A stretch of 64,000 bases of DNA. Source: Felis catus (lineage: Eukaryota). Positions 1 through 10,829 of this stretch are shown piece by piece. The notes beneath the pieces are model-generated. The model had not been told where the DNA came from. It saw nothing but the letters and a program-made list of their open reading frames with translations, and did no database searches. The first letter of the stretch is position 1. Each line of letters opens with the position of its first letter. Position numbers and translations under genes: made by a program. Where the stretch lies: contig NC_058368.1 in the NCBI RefSeq assembly GCF_018350175.1, positions 65,846,001 to 65,910,000 of the forward strand, in the 5' to 3' direction.

Positions 1-243
1 GGGATACACACACACACACACACAGATATATCTTTATATACATACACACACACACATACACACATTTAAAATGTTATAGTTGTGTTACTTGTTAAAACAA
101 CTTGTTTGGGTGAAGTTCTCCCTCATTTAAAACTCTTTTAAATCTAAGTTATTTATGGGATACACACACACACACACAGATATATCTTTATATACATGTA
201 TACCCACACACACATATACACATTTATATATATAAATATATAT
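1..243. repeat. Duplicated CA/TA microsatellite block (about 156-bp period)
   Basis: gggata(ca)n gatatatctttatatacat...cacattta starts at 1 and again at 157. Confidence 0.8.
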
Positions 244-530
244 GGGTTAAATTTAATACATTTACTGCTTTTTTGAAAATTCCCAATTTTAGTTCTAGCT
301 GCAAAGAAGATACATAACTACATAAAGTTATTTAAACCACATGTAATAATCCACATACTGATTTTTAACTGTCGTTTATGACTAGATACTGCCGTTCTGA
401 GGTATATGAAGTTATCAGTGCATCCAACACTTGCTGCCTTTTCATTTATTAGCAAGGAAGATAAATGAGTTGGTCTATACTCTAAGGCAAAGACAGCTTG
501 CAGAGAGCTGAGTAAAGTGACGTGATAGAA

Positions 531-685
531 GGCATTTGGATTTGGGGTCAGATAACCTGGGTCCCAAAATTGCTCTGTGCCTCAGATTCCTCTTCAGTAA
601 ATGAGGATAGAAATACCTATGATCGAGCAGGACTGAGGATTACAGACCATATACATACTGCACCTTGTATAGCACCTGGCTCTGT
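531..685 (+). mobile_element. MIR SINE fragment
   Basis: ctctgtgcctcagattcctc...gaggatta...agcacctggc matches the MIR core. Confidence 0.6.
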
Positions 686-1999
686 AAATCAGAGCCCAAG
701 CTCACTCTACAAGATGTCTTCATATTCACGATTCTGTATCATATACTGTGTGGGCACTGAGCAGGGTATCTAGATTTCTGAGGCATCGTGCCTGCCTTAA
801 AGAAATCACTATCTAGTGAGAAATTCAACTTGCATACACTTCACCCTGTATTCACTGAACACACCTATGTTGTGGCCAATGGCCTGGGTGCTGTGGTTCC
901 TCAGGGAGCAAGAAGGACTAGGTCCTGCAACTCGTAGAACTTAACATTTCTGATTCCTTCATTTCTTGTCCCTTCATATGATTTCTAATTCACATTGACT
1001 ATGATGACTGCTGCATCAAGTAATGTTGGCTCTGTCCCTCAAGAATGTATTTATTATATCTTGACAGCAAAGATGTTAGAAAGGCATCTCTTACTAAAGA
1101 GGGCGAATGAACTCTGACAAAATAACTTGCAGTAAGATTGTCTATGAATATACATTTACATTAATTGCATATTCCTTTAAAAAGAAATGCCTCTCAGAGA
1201 ATGTGTCATTGCTGTATTTGATAAATTTATTGTGGAATTAGACCAGAAGGACTTAAGGTTGTTCATCATGGACAAAACTGAATGCAGAGCGAACGTGTCC
1301 TGTCAGCTTGTATTAAAATGGAGAGAGATCTAACCAAGGCTTTTCTCAATGACTAAACTGAACGTATTTGAGAAAACAACATTGCTGGGGCAGAAGAATT
1401 CCTGTCTTCACTGTGATCTCTGGGTCATCTCAAACAGCTTCCTAAAGAGAAAGTGGAATTGCCCTTTGAGTAGAGATGGGTGTCATCACGAATCTGTAGG
1501 TCGAACGAAGTGGGTGACTGAGAGCAGGTGTAGGGAGGGTGATGTGTAACTCTGTGCTTGTCAGGAAAGCATTTATGCTGAACTGGAATCCTATAAACCT
1601 CCTTGAGAACATGGCCTATAAAACTGATTATGTTCGTGCAAAGTATTCCATCCTAAGCAGTGTGTATGGAATATGTTTTGTTAAAATAAAGGAAATTGAA
1701 TTCAAAGTGTGCAGTAAAAATTATCCCATCGGCATGAACATCAACCTCGAAATTGGATTCAGTCATTTCCCATATTTCCTTTTTTAACATTTCCCAATAT
1801 TATGGAACATTTCTCCCATTCATGAATCTGTCTGCCAGTGCTATAAGTTTGTATTATTTTAAACCTTTTCAAGTTATTTATCCAATAGGGTAGGCTAAAG
1901 ATACGTTAGATGGTAAAGTTGCATGGATTATAAACACTGGTGTTAAATTTACCTCAAGCCAGAGCATAGAAATTCAGAATGACAAAATTATCGTTTTTA

Positions 2000-2597
2000 A
2001 AGTTTGTTTGTTTGTTTATATGAAATTTATTGTCAAATTGGTTTCCATACAACACCCAGTGCTCATCCCAACAGGTGCCCTCCTCAATGCCCATCACCTA
2101 CCCTCCCCCTCCCTCCCACTCCCCATCAACCCGCAGTTTATTCTCAGGTTTTTTTTTTAATTTTTTAAATGTTTATTTATTTTTGAGACAGAGAGAGACA
2201 CAGCATGAACGGGGGAGGGTCAGAAAGAGGGAGACACAGAATCTGAAGCAGGCTCCAGGCTCTGACCTAATAGCACAGAGTCCAACATGGGGCTCGAACT
2301 CACAAACCGTGAGATCATGACCTGAGGCGAAGTCGGATGCTTAACCAACTGAGCCACCCAGGCGCCCCTATTCTCAGTTTTTAAGAGTCTCTTATGGTCT
2401 GGCCCCCTCCCTCCTAACCTTTTTTTTTTCCTTCCCCTCCCCCATGGTCTTCTGTTAAGTTTCTCAGGATCCACATAAGAGTGAAAACATATGGTGTCTT
2501 TCTCTGTATGACTTATTTCACTTAGCATAACACTCTCCAGTTCCATCCACATTGCGACAAAAGGCCATATTTCATTCTTTCTCATTGCCAAGTATTT
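2000..2597 (-). mobile_element. Felid L1 3' fragment (ORF2 C-terminus and 3' UTR), interrupted by a SINE
   Basis: Minus-strand translation EIWPFVAMWMELESVMLSEISH is the L1 ORF2 C-terminus; the 3' UTR and T-rich tail lie at about 2000-2140. Confidence 0.9.
2148..2368 (-). mobile_element. Felid CanSINE (SINEC_Fc-like) nested in the L1 3' UTR
   Basis: Reverse complement of the ggggcgcctgggtggctcag head, (CT)n and A tail; TSD tattctcag(g/t)tttt at 2139 and 2369. Confidence 0.93.
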
Positions 2598-2812
2598 GAA
2601 GTTTATTTATTTATATTGAGAGAGAGAGAAAGAGAGAAAAAGAAAGAGAGTGAGAGTGAGCAGGGGAGGTGCAGAAAGAGAGGAAGACAGAGGATTCAAA
2701 GCAGGCTCTGTGCTGACAGCTGAGAGCCCGATGTGGAGCTCAAACACATGAACTGCGAGATCATGACCTGAGCCAAAGTCAGAAGTTTAATAGACTGAGC
2801 CACCCAGGCACC
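2598..2812 (-). mobile_element. CanSINE (outer, older element of the nest)
   Basis: CanSINE body; TSD tgacaaaattatc at 1980-1992 and 2813-2825 brackets the whole nest. Confidence 0.9.
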
Positions 2813-3811
2813 TGACAAAATTATCTTTTAAATGGCTGATAGATCAAAAAAGGACTTCAGACAAAACTCTCAAAAGGGTCCATTATTACTTATATACATA
2901 ACCTTGGGATCTTCCTGATTGAATTGCATCAAGAACGCATTTATCCCGCAGTTTCTTCTCAAGATGTGAACTTCTTTTCTGGACTGTCACCTGCCATTTA
3001 GGTCCAATCGCTGCCTCCAAAACATTTCAACTTGAATACCTTAATTCTATATTCCTTAACGAAATAACACCGTGTGCTCTATGGGTTTAATTTTCCCACT
3101 CACATTATAGTCCATAATTAAGCAAATTCCATTGCACTGCAAAGTGGCCATCTCCAGAGTAACTCCATTCCCACCCATGAGGAGCCTGCCTTCCAAACCC
3201 CTAGTCTTTGATGTATGCAGCTTTTTCTCATCATTTACAAATCATTCGTCAGCATCCGGGAGCTCTCCCTTGGCAACTTTCCTGATTTCGTACTCTGTTC
3301 TAGTAGGACTGTCTCAGTGTTCAATGTCTGAACTCCGGTCCAGTTTGGGCTTTTCCATATAATAGCTATATGATGTTGGCATGTCACTTAAATCGCTGAG
3401 TGTCAGTGAACCAGAGTAGAGAGTCATTGCTTCTCTTCCATTCTAATGGTGTTATTATTAGGACTGATTGATAGACCAGCAGTTTGTGGCTTGCTGTTTA
3501 AAAAAAAAAAATTATATGAGTTTTTTACAGCCATTATTACATGCAACATTTAATGCTTTTACCTAGTAAGTGCTTAATAAATAATTCTTTTTTTGATTTA
3601 CAAATAACAGCCACATAAATTAGTAAGGAGAACAGGACCAGGAAGGAATCCGGATTTTCTAAGATAAGCTAAGGGCTAATGAGGTTTTATAATAATTTGA
3701 AATAAAACCCATATGAGTGGTGAGGGCACAGCTCAAATGTGTCACTGTTATGTCATTGACAAAAGTAGAAAAATGTTCTAACTAATCATAGACTAAATCT
3801 GTACTTACAGT

Positions 3812-3960
3812 TAATAATAATAATAATTATAATAAACACATATAGTACATACCATGTGCCAACGTGTACTCTAAATGCTTTAATTACTGACATTTTACTC
3901 CCTATCTCCAGGACAACCTTCAGTGAAATGACCTCTCTGTCGCGTCATTTCATAATGACG
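3812..3960 (-). mobile_element. MIR fragment
   Basis: taccatgtgcca...actctaaatgcttta resembles the reverse-complement MIR 3' end. Confidence 0.5.
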
Positions 3961-4204
3961 GATGTATAGTAATGAGTTAATAATTTGAAAGAACATACAA
4001 CAAAACAGTATTTGAGGAAAGACATACGTATTTTAATATATTTCTTTAAATGTAGCCCAACATTTCAGGGGGCAGTTTCATTTTAGACTACGCTATACTA
4101 CATTTGAACAACAGATGACTACCTCAGCTGTGTAATGCATGAGTAAGCATGTAGTATACGTTATACATACAAGTCATTTGTACTTGTTACCACTGCTAAT
4201 TCTA

Positions 4205-4206
<2 letters not shown>

Positions 4207-4259
<53 letters not shown>
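4207..4259. repeat. (CT)n microsatellite
   Basis: Uninterrupted CT run. Confidence 0.97.
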
Positions 4260-4263
<4 letters not shown>

Positions 4264-5662
4264 GAGGGTATTTGTTTGCCTATACTGAAGAGAAGGAGCA
4301 AAATTGCTGGGTTTTCCCATCTTTTATAATATTTATTTACGTAGAAATGCGGCTTATCTATCAATTAATTTTGGTCCAGTGGTGAGCTGCTAGTTTTAAC
4401 TTAATTCCCTCATTTGTTCCCGTTTTATTCAAGCAAAGTGCCATTTAATTTATGGCTTCTTTTCGCTCCCTCCAGCCTAAGCTTCTTAGAAAATAATGAG
4501 GCTATAAGTTTTCATTTAGCCCTTCTTATTCCTGTTGATTTTCGCCGAGGATTTGAATCTTGTCAGTCATTCACTAAGCAAGGCTTTTAGGTCATCGTGC
4601 TTCTTTGGGTCTGTCGGTTGTGTCTTTGTAGAAACTTGTAAAGGCGTTTTTCGAGGAATCGATATTAGAGAAGCCACATATTTTTAATTGGATTTAGTCT
4701 CCTAGAACCCTGTGGAATTATACTCACTTTGACAACTGTGAGATCGCTTGGAAAATAACCAGGAAGTGAGGTGGGCTTCCTAAGCCTTTGCTCCTTTGTC
4801 ATCCATCTGCTCCGTTTGGAGAATGCGTTTGAGGGCCCCTGGCCCATTGTGCGCCAACTGGATGCATATGCCGTGCAGTGAGGCCAGCGTAATTTGTACA
4901 CTTGGCACAGTTTTTGATTTAGGCAAATATTAATATAGGGTCTGTTTAAATTCCTGTAGACAGACAGAGAAGATATACAGTGTTCGAATTCTTAGCTAAC
5001 AAGGGATACTGCCAAATGATAAAATATTAATTCTATTACTTTGTATGCAGATATGTGAGAACTAGAAGCAATTACCCTGACTCTAATTGCTTCATAGATG
5101 AATACAATTATGATGTTACACTCATTCTGTCTGTATTCTCAGTATAAAATAACATCCACATAAGACAGTCAGAAATTTCATTTAAAAGTAAACCTTACCA
5201 ATGTGAAATATATTAAGGCAATAAACCAAGAGATTAAACTTTCATAAACAGTAAGAGCTCATTGTTTTGTAAATGAGTGTATAATAATATCTTTGCAGCT
5301 CAAATGAAACCATAAAACTGACTGGGGGCCTCACTTTTTTCCCCGCAAACTTTTGATTTATCTTTTTAATCTGTTCTTAGCATTGTATAGCAATTAAACA
5401 TTGAAAATGGGCTCTAGTCTTCTTGCCACATTGCTCTTCTCCCATTTCACTTCTGTCATTTCTTTTATAATGACAAGCAATTTAGAGGAACAAGAAACAA
5501 TTAGAATGTAAGTAGCTCCTGCTGTTACAGGTGTTTTCTACTAATGAATAAAAATGACTGGAATTATAGAAAGGTGGGATTAAAGGTAAGATGTCTTTTG
5601 GGGGTTAGAAGATGTAAAAGTCTGTGGACAAAATCAAGTGCAGATTCTCAAGTAATGATTAT

Positions 5663-6014
5663 TGTTAGGGTCAGGCGTAAGGCAGGGTGAAGATAAGAGT
5701 CAGGGGCTAAAAACTTTTAGCAGTCAAAGGCTTTACTGGGAACTAAGGTCTCAGGCGAGGTTCCGTGACTCAGGGAGAGAGAGAGAGAGAGAGAGAGGAG
5801 TCAGGGAAGTCGCCCCCAGGTGTGGTGGGGTGGGGTTTTTAAGCTGCAGCCGTTCTGGGTTTAGGCCCGGGTGGGCCTTTTTTGCGTCAAGTCGTGCCGT
5901 CGCTCGGTGATTGGTTGACCTCCAATTCGTTCTGGCAGCTACTAGGAGCTTTTCATTGGGTTGCGCTGGCAAGATGGCCGTCCCCTCTACTGTGGTTCCA
6001 AGGACATCCTAACA
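5663..6014 (-). mobile_element. Solo endogenous-retrovirus LTR (352 bp)
   Basis: TGTTAGG...CCTAACA 7-bp terminal inverted repeats and exact 5-bp TSD ATTAT (5658-5662, 6015-6019). On the minus strand: CCAAT (5959-5955, 5914-5910), TATA-like TTAAAAA (5842-5836) and poly(A)-like AGTAAA (5737-5732), in U3-R-U5 order. Confidence 0.88.
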
Positions 6015-6098
6015 ATTATATCAGGGAATCTGATAAAATAATCATTATTGGAAGAACCCATATTTGTAGGTTGGCCAAATGAAATTGCTCTTCCGATA

Positions 6099-6270
6099 CA
6101 GTAATTATCACCTTGGAGTGAGCATCAGAATCACCTGGAAAGCTTGTTAAGTAAATGTACACTCATGGGCCCCATGCTTAGTGTTCCTGATTCCATGGGA
6201 CTGGAATGAAACGATAATGTGCATTTTAACAAGATTCCTGGTGCAGAGACTGCACTTGGGAGAATCACTG
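6099..6270. mobile_element. MER5A-like hAT-Charlie MITE
   Basis: catcagaatcacctggaaagcttgttaa...tgcattttaacaag...gagaatcactg; CAGT...ACTG termini. Confidence 0.75.
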
Positions 6271-7073
6271 GTTTAAGACAAGGCAATGACTTCTGCATTC
6301 CTCTTGCCCAGTTCCCCGAGGTAGTACACATATAACACTGGCTGTGGCAGTGGTAATACACATATGCTCTCGAGGTAATACACATGTGACATATGTGGCA
6401 TATGGTTGACTGAAGTAATAGTAGGCTCACTTGGGGTCAATAGATTTACGGATGATCCCATGATTTCACCTAAGGCCACACAATTGGACCATACTGGAAA
6501 CCCAAGCTGATTTCTCTTGTAATTCAGTACTATGCTCTCTTCAGTAATCTGTGTTCAACCAAAGGAAGTTTTTGGAACATTGACCTTTCTCCTAAAGGTA
6601 ATAGTTTAAAGAATTATACGTGTATATATATATTGTTAAATTATAAGTCTGGCAATGCAGAGTGGCTGGATGACTCCAACAGCAAGGTAGTTTTGAAATT
6701 AAATGGACCGTTAGGACAAACTTCCACTTTCCCAGTTTCCCCCCACGTCTGCATAAGACAACAAGGACCAGACTGTTTCTTGACTATAAAACCTCAGCTT
6801 TGAATGTTAATAATTTATTCAACAAAGATCAGATTCTTTTAGGTTGGTGAGGTGATAATGTGTACTCCACAGCTCTATCTGTATGTTGTGAGGAAGAAAC
6901 TTTAAAAAGTGAGAACATTTTCATCCTATTCTGTAATGTTCTACAGAAGTCACTCTTTTGTGGTGTATCTAGTTCAGTCATTCTGGGGGGAAAAGAGAGT
7001 CTGAGTATGAACAGAGACACAAAAAGGAAGAGGAAAAAAAAGGTTATGTAAATTGCAAGAGTCAGCTTTATCT

Positions 7074-7095
7074 TTTTTTTAAAGTTTCTTTATTT

Positions 7096-7150
<55 letters not shown>

Positions 7151-7310
7151 GGGGAGGAGCAGAGAGAGGGAGACCCAGAATCCGAAGCAGGCTCCAGGCT
7201 CTGAGAGCTGTCGGCACAAAGCCAGATGCCGGGCTCCAACTCGCGAACTGCGAGATCATGACCTGAGCTGAAGTCGGACGCGTAACCGACTAATCCACCC
7301 AGGTGCCCCC
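7074..7310 (-). mobile_element. Felid CanSINE with long (GA)n
   Basis: CanSINE body; TSD agtcagctt(t/c)atct at 7060 and 7311. Confidence 0.93.
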
Positions 7311-7599
7311 AGTCAGCTTCATCTCTGATCCATGTAGACACTAACTCCTCTGTTTGATATGGTTTCAGCCAGGGTCCTCTATCCCACACAGCTCTCCCCC
7401 AGGCAACTTGTCGGACAATGAAATTCCCTGTAACGTGAACCGATGCCTTTCATTTAATAATTAAAATCTCAATTCCTATCAATATATATAAGTGCCTCCC
7501 ACTCTCCAGGCTTTAAACTCACGTGCATTTATGACGAAGTGCGTATGATTACACGGAACTCAGGTGAGGGGGCTTTGTGCCAGAAACTACAAGACAGCA

Positions 7600-7900
7600 T
7601 GCATTCATTGGACAAATATCTATTTGAGCACTTCCTATGTATCAGACACCCTTAGGAGTTGAACTTCAGCAGTGAACAACACCAAAGAAGATCTCTGCCC
7701 TTTTGAGCTTGGGAGAGAGTGTGGACATAATCAGGAAATAGGAACACAACTACTTTACCACCAAAACTAGAAGCTAGGGATCAATTAGAAGACATTTGCA
7801 GTAAGGCAAAGGTGGGAGGTGGGGGAGGCCCCCATCACAGTGTCAGCTGTAGAGCTAGTGAAGCGTGGCCGAGTTTCATCCAGATCCTGAAAGTATCAGC
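7600..7900 (-). mobile_element. L2 3' fragment
   Basis: cattcattggacaaatatctatttgagcacttcctatgtatcagacac matches the reverse-complement L2 3' end. Confidence 0.6.
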
Positions 7901-8157
7901 AGTGGGACTTCTCAATGGAGGACAGAGGCCTTGAGCACAAGAGAATAGAAAGTATGCAAAGACAGAAGGAAGTAGACAGTTACCCATTTTTAAAGGACAG
8001 ATCAGTTGTCTTGGTTCATTATAGATCCTGAAACTCTGACAAATGATCACTCTTCTGACTACCCTACATATATTCCCCTCCCCTTTTCCCACTCCCCACA
8101 GCTAAACACACTGGATCCTTACCTCACTCAGGTGGTTATATTTCTTGTGCTGGGGGT

Positions 8158-8522
8158 AAAGGAAGGAAGGATGGAAGGAAGGAAGGAAGGAAGGAAGGAA
8201 GGAAGGAAGGAAGGAAGGAAGGAAGGAAAGAAGGAAGGGAGGGAGGAAGGAAAGAAGGAAGGAAGGGAGGAAGGAGGGGAGGGAGGGAGGGAGGAAAGAA
8301 GAAAGGGAGGGAGGGAGGAAGGAAGGAAGGAAAGAAGGGGGGAGGGAGGGAGGAAGGAAGGGAGGAAGGGAGGAAGGAAGGAAGGAAGGAAGGAAGGAAG
8401 GAAGGAAGGAAGAAAAGGGAGGGAGGGAGGAAGGAAGGAAGGGAGGGAGAAAGGAAAGAAGGAAAGGAGGGAGAAAGGAAAGAAGGGAGGAAGAAAAAAG
8501 AGAAAAGAAGAAAGAGAGAAAG
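8158..8522. repeat. GGAA/GGGA polypurine tract, about 365 bp
   Basis: Almost pure A/G on the + strand with runs of GGAA and GGGA. Confidence 0.97.
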
Positions 8523-8747
8523 TTCATGTCTAGAATCATTTTTTACTTGGGGAATCAGGAAGAAGAAGTTTTTAAGATGTAATTAGTGGGTTAATTTTCT
8601 TCATTTTAACTAAGGCTTCCTTTAAATTCAATTTGCATAATTAAAGGCTCTTACTGAAAACCTTGTGATTTTAGGGGACGTGGTGTACAATGTGGATGTC
8701 TTCAGGTCCCATGAACTTTAGGATGCAATTAAAAATACATCAGGATC

Positions 8748-8953
8748 GGGGCACCTGGGTGGCTCAGTTAGTTAAGCGGCCCACTCTTGGTTTCAGCTTA
8801 GATCGTGACCTCACGGTTTGTGAGTTTGAGCCCTGCGTCTGGCTCTGCGAGAACAGCACAGAATCTTGCTGGCGATTCTTTCTCTCTCCTTCTCTCTCTG
8901 CCCCTCCCCTGCTCACTCTCTAGTCTCTCTCAAAATAAATAAATAAGCTTTAA
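8748..8953 (+). mobile_element. CanSINE
   Basis: ggggcacctgggtggctcag head, CT-rich region, aataaa tail; TSD aaaaatacatcag(g/c)at. Confidence 0.92.
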
Positions 8954-9910
8954 AAAAATACATCAGCATTGACATCACTAATTCCTAAGCAAGACACCCT
9001 TACCCCACCATGGTATGCCTTTGACAGTCGCTTCACTGACGCCCATCAAGGTCTCTGGCCTTTTTGGAGGAATCCAGAATATTGGCACATACGTGCCCCA
9101 TCCCACCTCACTACTCCTCCCTGCTCTGCAGCTGTTCCTGAGCCTAATATGGGGGACAGCTTACAGACACCACTGCAATCACCTTCCAGTGTGGGCTTAC
9201 TTGGATTTTGTTTCTTGGTCTTCTCAGTGATGCTGTAGGGTCTTTTGGTAGAAATGGAGTTTCAGTCCCTTGGGTGTTACTGCCCAGGGCCACACTGTGA
9301 TTAGTTGGGCAGGGATAACACCCCACTCCCTACCTTAGCGGCCCAAGCAGGTCTCCCAGTGTCTGGGCAGAAAAGAGCTACACAACTTGTACTTATATCT
9401 CCTTCCCTTCCTTAACCTCAGATCCCTCCCCAGAAGCCAGACTCAGCATAAACACTCCCTGGCTTCTGAGTTCCTGGCTTTTCCCAGACACCCCTCCATG
9501 AAACTGTTCTAAAAGATAGCGGCCCCTCCTTCCCCGAGCTCATAGCCTTTGGCTAGTGGCCCACCAGTGTTTTAATCAGACACAACCAAATTCTGAGTCC
9601 CTGTTTAGGCTCAGCTGGCACTCACAGGACGGGTCTATTTTTGTCTTAAAGAAGAGAGAGAACTTTTTTATAAAACCAGCTTTGGACTTGACTCCTCTGA
9701 AGCTATATGGAGTTAGTTTCACTGTATTTTCATCTGGCCACCTTTGTATCACTTTTCTAAATTAAGTGGGGCACCCTGACCCTTGGTTATAGGGTGGCCT
9801 GGATTCCCACACAGACCCACAAGGGGTAATGGTTTCAAGCCTGTGATGACTTGGAACTTACTTGGAACATTGTCAGTCCTGGCTTTCAGGTTGCTTTGTG
9901 CTTCTTCGAA

Positions 9911-10117
9911 TGTGTCCATTGTTTTGTACTTTTTGTTTTGTTTTGTTTTTTAGGGTTTTTGTTTTTGTTTTGGACGTCCGTCGGTCCACTGACATTATTC
10001 CTGGGTTTGATGTGGCCATTGTTTTGTATTTTTTGTTTTGTTTTGCTTTGTTTTTAGGATTGTTTTTGTTTTTGTTTTGGACGTTCATCAGTCCATTGAC
10101 ATTATGCCTGGCTTTGA
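9911..10117. repeat. Tandem duplication of a ~100-107-bp unit
   Basis: tgtg(t/g)ccattgttttgta...ttttggacgt...gtcca(c/t)tgacattat(t/g)cctgg(g/c)tttga at 9911-10010 and 10011-10117. Confidence 0.9.
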
Positions 10118-10829
10118 CATTCAATAATAAGAAATGACATGTCCTCATGGGAGGGCTAAAACCAGTTGATAAATTTATTGTGCTACCTGTCAGGGCATAA
10201 TGTGCAGTTAAAACACACAGAGAAAGGACATTAAAGAATGTGATGGATCTGATTTAACCTCTTAAAACCAAAGAAATTCAAAATTAATACCCAAAGTCCA
10301 AAGTTAAGTGTGCAGTATTAAGTACTATGGCAGTATTTTGTTCCTGGGGAAAACATTAGCTAATGCCTGGACCTGAAATATACCACAACAAGATATATAA
10401 CAAAAGCCAAGATTTGCCTTATTCCTCTTATTTTCATACATATGTATATTTTCCCACTATATACTTATGATAAGGAAAAAGGTTTACAGCCAACCTGTTT
10501 AATGCTGTTTCTGTCTTTGTATATCTAACATTGACTGCATGGTGATTTTCGAATCCATTCAGAAGAAATGCCTCCTCTTTCCATGAGCTGTGAAGATTTA
10601 TGTATTTGACTTTGAAGTCAACAACTGTGTAGCATTTAATGCCAAATCAAATGCAACATCAAATTACCTTGTATTCATTTAAGTGAATTTGCAGGTTTAT
10701 GGCCGACTGGCACAGATCCAGAGAACTAGGGAAGGGATGATTACAGCAGATGATTGTAGGGAAGGAAAATGAAGTAAATATCTGGGAATTAATTACTCGT
10801 AAGGTTAAGGTCCATTCTTGGTAAGAGTC

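Noticed and set aside
8006..8539. 175-aa (+) and 145-aa (-) ORFs rich in EGRK or LPSF
   Set aside because: They are translations of the GGAA tract, which lacks stop codons.
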